64,000 bases of DNA from a bacterium (GTDB lineage: Bacteria > SM23-31), in contig OZ252239.1 in the NCBI GenBank assembly GCA_965249485.1, positions 2,080,001 to 2,144,000 on the forward strand, given 5' to 3'. The position numbers were made by a program, and so were the translations under genes. The notes below the pieces were generated by a model, which did no database searches, was not told the origin of the DNA, and saw only the letters and a list, made by a program, of their open reading frames with translations. How positions within the stretch are numbered: position 1 is the stretch's first letter; the number at the start of each line of letters is the position of its first letter. Shown piece after piece: positions 32,119-41,666 of this stretch.

Positions 32119-33432
32119 TTATGGCTGTGATTTACTGCCAGAATCATCGGGTGCCTTAAATTCAGATTTAGTCGATTTGGGAGACCAGGGAAGATCCTTT
32201 GATCTATAATATAAGATTATCGCTGTAATGGCAGCAACTATAATACTACCGTTGATCACAAGAGCTAATGATGCACCGGCGATTCCGGCAATGGCTCCAA
32301 CTTCCAGTTGACCCAAAGGTCCGAAGCCGCGACTGAGATTCCACACACCGACAGAAGCTCCGCGCTCTTTATCACTGACAGTGTACTGCACGAGCGTGGG
32401 AATTAGCGAATCAACATTTCCCCACATCACACCAATAATGAAAAGAATAACGAGGGCAAGACTAAAAGTAGGGGAGATGGCAAAGGCGACCAAACTAAGA
32501 CCAAATATAATACATACTGGCGCAAGAAGATGCCCCTGGCGCACACGGGTCGACATACCTGCCAGCACTAATACACCGACAATGACGCCAAAATTCCGCA
32601 TCGCCGTCATAAAGGCATGCCAGGACTCCCCGACACCGAACACATCCCTGGCAAAGGAAGGAAGTAATACATCGCTCGAAAAAGCAAGGACTTCCGTGAT
32701 CGCAGTGATTCCAGCAAGAGGGAGAAGGCCATGGTTCCTCCAGATCATTACCAAAGATTTTGTGAATTTTACGGTTGAATGCTCTTCAGAGGAAGCCGAT
32801 TCTTCGATATTTGGCTTTTTTCTATACGAATGTTTTACTCCGAAAAGTAATAAAGCACCCAAGAAATAGGCGGCACCCATTACTCCGAATTTACCGGCGG
32901 AACCCATCTGTGCCAGAAACACTCCGGCAAAAACACTCAATGCACCAAGTCCTCCGGCAACCTTGTCAGCAAGGCTTAAAAGAGACATTCCGTTGAGCGC
33001 CTGTTTTGGACCGACCAGGTCAAAGACAAGCGGCCTGCTGACCGACGTTTCGGCAACATCGAGTATGCCAACAACTACAGAGATACCTACGAGTGCTCCA
33101 AAAGAAAGATTACCCGTTAAACCGGCAAAAACAGCACCCGCTGCAACGACAGTTCCAACAAAATTTGTGATCTGGAGAATTGTACATCGATCATATCGAT
33201 CCGAAAGAGCTCCGAAGGGAACGCCAAAAAAAAATTTCGGCAGATGTCTGGATGCGACGGCAATACCAACTCCTAAGGCAGATCCTGTGAGTTCCAGTGC
33301 AAGCCAGCCTATGGCGATCTGGGCCACAACATTCGCATAACCGTTGAGCGACAATGATAGCCACAACCATATGTATCCGGGACTTTTAAACGATGCTAAG
33401 GTCTCAGAACCAATTTTGGGAAAACGGCCCAC
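32119..33432 (-). CDS. MFS transporter
   Basis: About 12 hydrophobic segments; GALSDRYDR loop motif; WLALELTGSALGVG. Confidence 0.9.
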   Translation of the reverse strand: MGRFPKIGSETLASFKSPGYIWLWLSLSLNGYANVVAQIAIGWLALELTGSALGVGIAVASRHLPKFFFGVPFGALSDRYDRCTILQITNFVGTVVAAGAVFAGLTGNLSFGALVGISVVVGILDVAETSVSRPLVFDLVGPKQALNGMSLLSLADKVAGGLGALSVFAGVFLAQMGSAGKFGVMGAAYFLGALLLFGVKHSYRKKPNIEESASSEEHSTVKFTKSLVMIWRNHGLLPLAGITAITEVLAFSSDVLLPSFARDVFGVGESWHAFMTAMRNFGVIVGVLVLAGMSTRVRQGHLLAPVCIIFGLSLVAFAISPTFSLALVILFIIGVMWGNVDSLIPTLVQYTVSDKERGASVGVWNLSRGFGPLGQLEVGAIAGIAGASLALVINGSIIVAAITAIILYYRSKDLPWSPKSTKSEFKAPDDSGSKSQP

Positions 33433-33598
33433 TCAATATGACCTTTCTTTTAACAATGTAATTTAAAGAGATCTTTTAGTCCCTCATGAGGGCTAACATC
33501 AACGACAATCCCTTCCTTATAAAACCATCACGGTTTTCCTGACATTTAAAATGTTGTCCAACCGATAACTGTACAGTTCGTCAGAATTGTTCTCATGT

Positions 33599-34610
33599 TT
33601 ACAGTCCTTCTAAGCCCATTTCCGGATTCAACCGGTTGTTTTCGCACATAATTTTACCATCTAAATATATCGTTGAAGATGGAAGCACGACATCAAAGTG
33701 CACCTGACTTGGAGGGACAGTACCTTTGAAGTCCGGGTCCTGGCTTCCAGAGCCAAACGTGACTGGTCCGAGTACGTGTTCGTCTTGATGCAAATGACCG
33801 GATGTAATAGCCTGAGGGTTTAATCCAAGTGTAAAATGACATATGTGTTTCGCTATCGGATCATTGGTTGATTCAAATTCTCTTTTAAGGGTACTAGCAT
33901 CAGCTCCCCCTGTTATCTCCACAAAAACTCCTTTTTCAACGCGGCATGTGACCGGTTCATTAACCAGCTTCCCCGGTGGAATATTGCCGTCAATAACAAT
34001 AGTGCCGTTTATCGTTTCTTCAATCGGAGCATTCGCTATGGAAACCCCCGGAAAAAGATCTGCTTCACCCGGTACTGTAGCCATCCCATCACCCAGTAAG
34101 GCAGGTCTACCTTTCATACCGAAGCTAATGTCTGTACCCACATCCGAGGTCACCCGACAGAAATCTGTATTTTCCCAAAGCTCTATTGCCCTGTTCGCGA
34201 TTGAAATCATCTTGTCATAATCAACATTGACTATGCCATTAATGGCGAAATCATCCAAACTTGAAATAATAGTCGAAGCAATGCGCGTTCCATTCTTACG
34301 GGCTGCAGTGGTAGTCTCCTTCTCAATGAACATAGTCTCACAAAGCCCTACGATTACATCCGCTTCTTTAATTGCTCCAACTGTTATCCGATTTAAATCA
34401 CGGGTATCCGACTAGCGCCATCCAGGGGATAACCAGCATCTGAGTATCGGCTTTTGCATTGATCCCTGCGATCAGGCAGGCCTCAGCAATCTCCATATCG
34501 GTACGGGTGTCGGTAAGAATAAGGAGACTTTCTCCCGGTTTCACATGTCCCATTTTCCGAATGGCTATTTCACCGAACTCGCCCCAACGAAATACAGACA
34601 TATCTCTCAT
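33599..34610 (-). pseudogene. leucyl aminopeptidase (M29-like)/NicX-like metalloenzyme, single frameshift near 34410
   Basis: VKPGESLLILTD; GTDISF; NGTIVIDG; HFTLGLNP; QDEH; HFDVVL. The second frame is open from SDTRDLNR. Confidence 0.75.
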
Positions 34611-35014
34611 TCCTTATAATTTAGTGCTTACATTGGTAAGTTAACTTATTGTTCAGGTTGGAACTTAAAAAAAACGTGTCAAAGTGTAATATAAGGGGCG
34701 CAATATATTGCTCATATTATCTAATAGAAAACTTATTTTTCTAAAAAAAATAATTCGTACACCAAGCTATAAAAATGAGAAGAGAAGGTGTGCCTTGTGT
34801 AATGTTTTTCTATGATTTTTGTGATTTTTCAAAGCTTATGGATGAACTGCCGAAACCGGTAAAACAGTCATTCAAATAATAATCAAATATAAGCATGTAA
34901 ATAACCTCAGATACAGACGAAAATAATAATTGCATAAGTTGAATGAAAATGTTATGTTATTAACCATAATATATCCTAATGGATTTCTGATCGAGGAATA
35001 CGTAATTACTAATT

Positions 35015-35470
35015 ATGAAAAGATTATTTACTCTTTTTACGGTTACTGCTGTTGTGTTATCATCCTTTTGCGGTGATGATGGTGTGGGTCCAACAACACC
35101 CCCGCCTGATCCAACACCCCCGCCTTCGGTTAATAAAGAGTTGATTGTGGGTTCCTGGTTGTTGATCGAAGCGAAGACAGTATTTGTTGATGGTTTAGAA
35201 CGAGACGAAGATTTTGATGATCAGACTCTTATTTTTAATGACGATTTAACTTTCGATCTCGAGACAAGTAGCAACGATGCAACAGATGTATTTGGTGGTG
35301 ATTGGTCATCCACAGCAGATATTATTATTCTTTCTTTTAAAACGAGTGGAAAAATCACTGATGTAGATCAATTTGATTATGATTTCAATGATGATTTTAT
35401 TATTTTGTTGCAATTTGATACGAACATTCTAGACATTAATCATTTTTTCTTCAAATATTGGAAAAATTAG
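35015..35470 (+). CDS. lipocalin-like lipoprotein
   Basis: Signal ending SSFC; Pro-rich linker; LIVGSWLL, LIFNDDLTF, GDWS. Paralog of 47196-47660. Confidence 0.75.
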   Translation: MKRLFTLFTVTAVVLSSFCGDDGVGPTTPPPDPTPPPSVNKELIVGSWLLIEAKTVFVDGLERDEDFDDQTLIFNDDLTFDLETSSNDATDVFGGDWSSTADIIILSFKTSGKITDVDQFDYDFNDDFIILLQFDTNILDINHFFFKYWKN

Positions 35471-35960
35471 TTTAAGAGATACCGATATTTATCTAAAGTG
35501 TTAAAAAATTTCTGTGCACTATATCATTGACGGCTCTTTTGATACAAATTTTTGTTTTTTCCCACTATGTGAGTTGCTGAGTAAATCTATTTATCAGTTT
35601 ACATTAGTATTGAAATCTAACAACATTTTTATAAGCTCTATTTTTAAACCTAAACAATACCATTTTGCTTTCTTAAAGTACTGCTATTTATTTCTTTTTT
35701 GATAGTTAGTATGCTGTATAGTTTGAGGAAAATAAATCAGTAATTACTCTAGATATAGCAAATCATCTTACTAATTATACCTAAATAGTTCTGGCGATGA
35801 ACATCTCTGAGAACTGAATATATACATAACTTGCTAGATTCTCTTCATTTGAAAAAATAACTTTATGCAGTTTATTATGTTTTATGTGTAATGATAGTTA
35901 CTATACAATACATGAAAATACTGAATTATAAACCACTCTCATATGATGGAGGTCAGTCAC

Positions 35961-37229
35961 ATGAAACTTCACACAAAACTTAGAGATGCATTGACAAAGG
36001 TAAAGAAGGTAAAATTTAATCCCGAACGAAGGAGGTTCGGTAAGATCGCCGCAGCGGGCATAATCGGTGCAAATGTTTTATCATCGGGTATAGGATGCAG
36101 CGCAGGTTCTCGAAACAGTTCAGATACAGGTAGTAGCATAGCTGGTGATCGAGAAAACACTTCAAATGTAAAGCTTTCGGCGATGAGCCAGCGGGTGTGG
36201 TCAAGTATTGAGGGAGGACCACGGTACGAACAGAGTGAAGATTATTTTACATGGATGAAGCAAATTGGGCTGCATTACCTGGTTATAGATTCCTACTCAG
36301 GCGTATCAAATGCAACTGATTATGAAAGTTTATTGAAAATACGGCAGCAAGTTGAAGCCGCGGGACTTAAAGTAGCAAATGTCGGCATAAATAGCGGTGG
36401 CACATCGATATTACTGAATCTTCCAGATCGTGATGAAAAAATCGAGGAGAGCAAAACGTTCATCCGTAATGTGGGTAAAGCCGGATATGATACAATATGG
36501 ACCCATTATGTTGGAACCGGCATCTGGAGAACGGAGAGAGAGGATTTTCGATTTGCAAGCGGATCTGCATTCGATTATGAGAAAGCTATGAGGGATGGAG
36601 TCAAATGGAGAGACAATCCGAGGTGGTATCCGGACCGACCGGCCCACGGCCGCGTATACACCGAACTAGAAGTATGGGATAATTGGACTCACTTCATAAA
36701 AGCTGTTGTCCCGGTGCTTGAAGAATCAGGAGTGAGGTTCGCCATTCATCCTGATGACCCGACCGGATATCGTGAACTCGGCGGTGTTCCACGCATATTC
36801 AGCAGGTTTGATGATTATGTAAAAGCTTTCGAAATCGCCGACAGCCCGAATGTGGGAATGTATCTGGGTGTGGGATCCTACATCGAGGGCGGAAAAGAGA
36901 CAGGCAAGGATATTCTGGATGTCATACGTTACTTTGGTGAACGGAACAAAATATTTAAAGTCGACTTTCGCAATGTATCAGGGCCGATACCTCATTTTAT
37001 TGAGACCTTTCCGGACAACGGCTATGTGGATATGTATAAGGTAATGCGAGCGTTAGTAGAGGTCAATAATCACAGTTCAGTGTGCGACGATCATGCACCG
37101 CAAATAATAGGCGGTAGAGTAGCTGCCGACTCCTATTCATATGGCTATATGAGAGCTTTGTTAGAGCGTGCATGTGATGAGGTCAAAGAGGGTGATCGGC
37201 TCCAGTGGCCTGATACTTATGCACTTTAA
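35961..37229 (+). CDS. uxuA: mannonate dehydratase (UxuA)-like protein with Tat/lipoprotein signal, copy 1
   Basis: FIRNVGKAG, VWDNWTHFIKAVVPVLEE, AIHPDDP, VDFRNV, FIETFPDNGYVDM, DDHAP. N-terminus ERRRFGK..GIGC. Confidence 0.8.
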   Translation: MKLHTKLRDALTKVKKVKFNPERRRFGKIAAAGIIGANVLSSGIGCSAGSRNSSDTGSSIAGDRENTSNVKLSAMSQRVWSSIEGGPRYEQSEDYFTWMKQIGLHYLVIDSYSGVSNATDYESLLKIRQQVEAAGLKVANVGINSGGTSILLNLPDRDEKIEESKTFIRNVGKAGYDTIWTHYVGTGIWRTEREDFRFASGSAFDYEKAMRDGVKWRDNPRWYPDRPAHGRVYTELEVWDNWTHFIKAVVPVLEESGVRFAIHPDDPTGYRELGGVPRIFSRFDDYVKAFEIADSPNVGMYLGVGSYIEGGKETGKDILDVIRYFGERNKIFKVDFRNVSGPIPHFIETFPDNGYVDMYKVMRALVEVNNHSSVCDDHAPQIIGGRVAADSYSYGYMRALLERACDEVKEGDRLQWPDTYAL

Positions 37230-37378
37230 CAGCTTACTATTGATTATGTATTGCATTTAGTTGATATTAAAGATGGTGAATCCGGTCTTATACTATTCTA
37301 TTGTATTTCTGAATAAAAAGAACGGAACCGCTAATTAATCTTTACATAATTAAACCAATTATGCAGGAGTGGGATGTT

Positions 37379-39010
37379 ATGAAAGCATTAAGGACATCGG
37401 TATTATTTTCCGTGACGCTACTTATGATAGTGTCGCCATCTGCCGCTCAGGAAAAAATCGATTTTGAAATGGCCGATAAATTCAGAGATGAGGGATTTAA
37501 CAGATCTCACGTCATGGAATTGGCAAGCTATATGGGCGATGTTTATGGCCCTCGTTTGACTAATTCTCCTGGCTACGACCGTTCTGCGCGATGGGTTATA
37601 GAGAAGTTCAAGGACTTTGGTATTTCAGTAGAAATGCAGGCATTCGATAGCCCGGGTGTCGGTTGGGAAAATAAATACACTTCGGTTCACATGCATAAAC
37701 CTGAATATCAGCCGGTAATAGCGTATCCAATTTCGTGGTCACGAAGCACCAATGGGAAAATTGTCAGCAATGTGGTTTATGTGAATTCGCAAAGAATATA
37801 TAGTGAATCCGATCTCAGCCAATACCGGGGAAAACTACGAAATAAGATAGTTTTTATTATGCCGATACGGAAATTGGAGTTGCAATTCAATCCTCTTGCT
37901 GTGCGTTTGTCCGAAGAAGAGCTTGAAGGTATGGCGGAATTACATGTTATAAGAGGAGAAAGAACTGTTACGGTTTCCACTGGTGACTATGAAAAACTTC
38001 GTCAGGGTCTGGTAAAAGAACCCCTTTCAAAGCAGAAACTGTATGATTATTTAGAACGTGAAGGTGTTGCGGTTATCGTAACTCCGGGCCAGGATTATAC
38101 CAGTCATTTCGATAAAGGTGTTGTGTATGTTCCATTAGGTGATCCTGTCGGGGAGAATGACCAGAAACCGCTACCGCAATTGATTATGGCAACGGAACAT
38201 TACAATAGGGTCCTACGTGTGCTTGAAAAGGGTATTGATGTCGAGATGGAAGTCGAAATTAGGAATAATTACATAGAAGATGACGCGGATGATTATAATG
38301 TTATAGCAGAGATACCGGGGAGCGATCTCAGGGATGAAATTGTGATCATTGGCGGCCATTTAGATGGAGAATCTGCCGGAACCGGTTCATCCGATAATGC
38401 TGCCGGAGCAGCGACGGTAATGGAAGCCATGCGGATTTTAAAAGAGACTGGTGCAAAACCCCGCCGTACGATTCGTGGGGCTCTTTGGGGTTCGGGAGAA
38501 ATCGGAAACAAAGGAGCAAGCAGGTATGTCGGTCAGAGTTATGGTGGAGGAGCAAGTGCGTATATCGCTCAGAATTTCGGTGGCCCCGATCCTTCAACAA
38601 GGCTGCCTGATCATAAAAAATTATCCTTATACCTCAATATGGACTGGTACGGAAAATTCAGAGGAATTTACATGCAGGGTAACGATTTAGTCCGTCCGAT
38701 ATTCGAAGCATGGATGGAACCGTTCCACGATGTCGGTATGACCTATTTGATCCCAGGAAATACCGCAGGGACAGACCATCTTGATTTCATCAGTGCAGGT
38801 CTTCCGGGATTCCAGTTCGTACAAGATGATCTGGAATTTTTCACAACCACGTATCACACGAATATGGATGTTTATGACCGACTTGTTGATGAGGACCTGA
38901 TGCAGGCGTCGGTGATCATGGCGAGCTGGGCGTATTTTGCAGCAATGCGTAATGAATTGATCCCGCGAACGGACAATCAAATGAAAAATAACAGGCGGTG
39001 GCACAAATAA
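37379..39010 (+). CDS. secreted M28 family (carboxypeptidase Q-like) peptidase
   Basis: DVYGPRLTNSP, NVIAEIPG, GGHLD, DNAAG, PRRTIR, NMD, GTDH, GLPGFQF, YHTNMD. Confidence 0.9.
   Translation: MKALRTSVLFSVTLLMIVSPSAAQEKIDFEMADKFRDEGFNRSHVMELASYMGDVYGPRLTNSPGYDRSARWVIEKFKDFGISVEMQAFDSPGVGWENKYTSVHMHKPEYQPVIAYPISWSRSTNGKIVSNVVYVNSQRIYSESDLSQYRGKLRNKIVFIMPIRKLELQFNPLAVRLSEEELEGMAELHVIRGERTVTVSTGDYEKLRQGLVKEPLSKQKLYDYLEREGVAVIVTPGQDYTSHFDKGVVYVPLGDPVGENDQKPLPQLIMATEHYNRVLRVLEKGIDVEMEVEIRNNYIEDDADDYNVIAEIPGSDLRDEIVIIGGHLDGESAGTGSSDNAAGAATVMEAMRILKETGAKPRRTIRGALWGSGEIGNKGASRYVGQSYGGGASAYIAQNFGGPDPSTRLPDHKKLSLYLNMDWYGKFRGIYMQGNDLVRPIFEAWMEPFHDVGMTYLIPGNTAGTDHLDFISAGLPGFQFVQDDLEFFTTTYHTNMDVYDRLVDEDLMQASVIMASWAYFAAMRNELIPRTDNQMKNNRRWHK
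38513..38584 (+). repeat. 36-bp imperfect tandem duplication inside the M28 gene
   Basis: ggagcaagcaggtatgtcggtcagagttatggtgga then ggagcaagtgcgtatatcgctcagaatttcggtggc, encoding GASRYVGQSYGG and GASAYIAQNFGG. Confidence 0.8.
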
Positions 39011-39203
39011 GAAGAAGTATAGTTATGATGTGATGTTATACAGAACTATTTTATTAATTAGTACTAATTGTGTTTATCCAAATTTAAATAATGTTCTAAT
39101 CAATATTTAATCGAATTTTTTTCAACATTTGCTATATATTTTATTTGGCAACCGAAGAAATCTTCACATTAGGATTATAGTCTCTCTCCGCGTATCCAAT
39201 GCT

Positions 39204-40135
39204 TTACTTCATTGAAAATTTAAAAATTGTAGTCGTGGTATATTTCTCACCCGGATTGAGAACTGTCGAGGGGAAGTTGGGCTTATTCGGGGAATCAGGG
39301 AAATGCTGTGTTTCAAGGCAGAACCCGTACTGATGCTCATAAACGTTACCGCCTTTCCCAATGTTACTGCCGTCCGGGAAATTTCCCGAATAAAACTGCA
39401 GACCGGGTTCGGTGGTATAAACTTCCATGATACGTCCGGTTGTTGGCTCATAGACGCTGCCAGCCAACGTCAGTGACCCATCGCCATTGTTCAGCACCCA
39501 ATTATGATCATAACCACCACCGAACGTTAATTGATCAGTATCGTGTTCCGATCCGAGTGCCTATTGCAGTTGGCTGCTTAAAATCCATAGGAGTACCCGT
39601 GACGCTCCTCAGTTCTCCTTTCAGTATAGACCTTCATTGACAGGCGTAAACCTGTCTGCATTAATTATTAGCTCATGGCCCAGAACATCTCCCGATCCCG
39701 TATCAGTAAGATTGAAATAGAAGTGGTTTGTCAAGTTAACTACTGTTACTTTGTCTGTCGTGGCGGTATAGTCTATCCTGAGCTCATTATCATTGGTGAG
39801 GGTATAGCCAACGGTAACCGAAAGATTTCCAGAGGGGTATCCTTCCTCGCCATCGTTACTTAGGCAGGTGAGCTTTATTCCCACACCATCGTTATCCCTG
39901 AATGGTTCTGCTTGCCGCACGACCTTGTCAAATCCCTTAATTCCCCCGTGCAGATAGTTCTCACCGTTGTTTTGTGCAAGGGTGTATTCAATCTCATCTA
40001 ACGTGAACCTGCCATGCACGATCCGGTTTCCATACTGCCCGATTATAGCGCCAAAATAGGGACTATCGTTTATGTATTCCTGCAGCGTGTCACATATCCC
40101 ATTACGACATCTCCCAGCTTCCCCTTCCTGTAGGG
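39204..40135 (-). pseudogene. galM: aldose 1-epimerase (galactose mutarotase) pseudogene
   Basis: [71 protein letters not shown]. At least three frameshifts and no 5' end. Confidence 0.9.
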
Positions 40136-40374
40136 GTTCAGAACAAGATGGACTAAATTAGGCATAAAGTTAAGAGACAGTTTATGGTGGTCTGGTTAAC
40201 GCAGGATAGTATCACGAAGAACGGTCGGGGCTGCTCTCGTTCCGCCACCCATGCCATTCAAGAATAATATAATCCATCGAGAAAAATTTGTTGATCCATT
40301 GAGCCTGAAGCTAAAAGAAAGGGGGATTTGTTTCTTAGTGTTTCGTGAGCCCACTGTGCCTGGGATGCTCTTAG

Positions 40375-40498
40375 CGGAACCGATCGTATACGTTACTTCG
40401 CTTCGTTTGACAGAACTTTGAACAAAGCCCATATCCCTCGGAACTCCGAAACCAAAACAAATTACAGGATTAACATCGGTGCGTATCCAAACGATAAG
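40375..40498 (+). repeat. isolated 124-bp diverged copy of an internal susC segment (42596-42719)
   Basis: Manual alignment gives 108/124 identical with no indels. GTDRIRYFASFDRTLNKAHIPRNSETKTNYRINIGAYPNDK versus GTDRMRYFISFDKALNKAHIPRNSEGRTNYRVNIDAYPNDK. Confidence 0.92.
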
Positions 40499-41033
40499 TT
40501 AAGCAACAATTACACCACTCATGATAGTACCACTCTTTATTCGGTCATTTGCTATGTTACCCGTATCCACGCAGGCTCTTATCATATCTTTCAAATAACA
40601 CGACAACGAAAAGATTTCAATAGTTCTAAAATATTATTCGATATATGCATAAAATCATTAATGTTATAAGTGTTGACGCAGAATTTTCATTCTTTGAAAA
40701 TTACAGGAATTAAGATTTAATAATTTCCTTTTCTATTCAACTAATTATGAATTGTATTTAATTCTTCTCTTACATTTTCGTACCGTCTCTCCGTCTCTCC
40801 GTCTCTTAAATTTATGCTGCTTTTTGTCAACTCGTTCTGAACTGGTACAATGTTTAATAATGAACCACTGTTTTTGTATAATAATTTTGTATAGTTGATA
40901 TTGAATGATTGTGGGGGAGAATACATTTGTAAATGCTCATTACATACCTAAACAATGCACGGCACTATGCCCGATTTGTTCCGATGGTGTACTAATAATA
41001 GTATAAAAATTTTTGTAAATTTTAAAAAATATA

Positions 41034-41062
41034 TTGACAATTTGGAAATTATATCTTATAAT
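41034..41062 (+). promoter_or_regulatory. perfect-consensus sigma70 promoter
   Basis: TTGACA (41034-41039), 17 bp, TATAAT (41057-41062), with an AT-rich tract upstream. Confidence 0.8.
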
Positions 41063-41666
41063 AGGGCCGTTCATGGGTTAAATGCTCTTATTTTTATATT
41101 TAAACGCACTAATTTATGAATGTCAGGCAGTGTTGATGCAATTGAAGTTCTTGATGAATCTCATGTTCTTATTTTCCAAGATAAATCTAAAACACTTTCT
41201 TACTCGCTTCTATATTTCTTTATAATAAGGTCAAAAGGTAGAGTGTGATTTATTGCATATAACGAATGAGTCGAACCAATCCTCTGCAGTTAATTGCTCT
41301 AAAACGTTTGTATTTATGATTATTGTTGTGTGAAAGTGCAGTTAAACAGGATTATACAAACAGTTTGATGGAATATTTTCAAAAAAAAGTTCAATACAGA
41401 GGCGTGATTTTACGTTAACTTATGTATCTGAAGCGCATAATGTTATTATAGGTGCGTTGTGCTCCAACACTAGAAAGGAAAGGTGATGCCTGGCTAAGAG
41501 TGTATTGTCACTTTTTTTCATATCTGTGACTTCGGATTTCTCCATTGTAGATTCAAAACTGCGAATATAGGTGTAAAACTGCGGATATCGAACAGCAGCA
41601 AAGGTTGATTCGGTTCCGCTCAGGTTTCTACGTAATATAATTAGTTATAAGGTAAGGAGAATTATT

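Noticed and set aside
35091..35126. CCAACACCCCCGCCT repeated twice
   Set aside because: Encodes an ordinary Pro/Thr lipoprotein linker (PTTPPPDPTPPPS).
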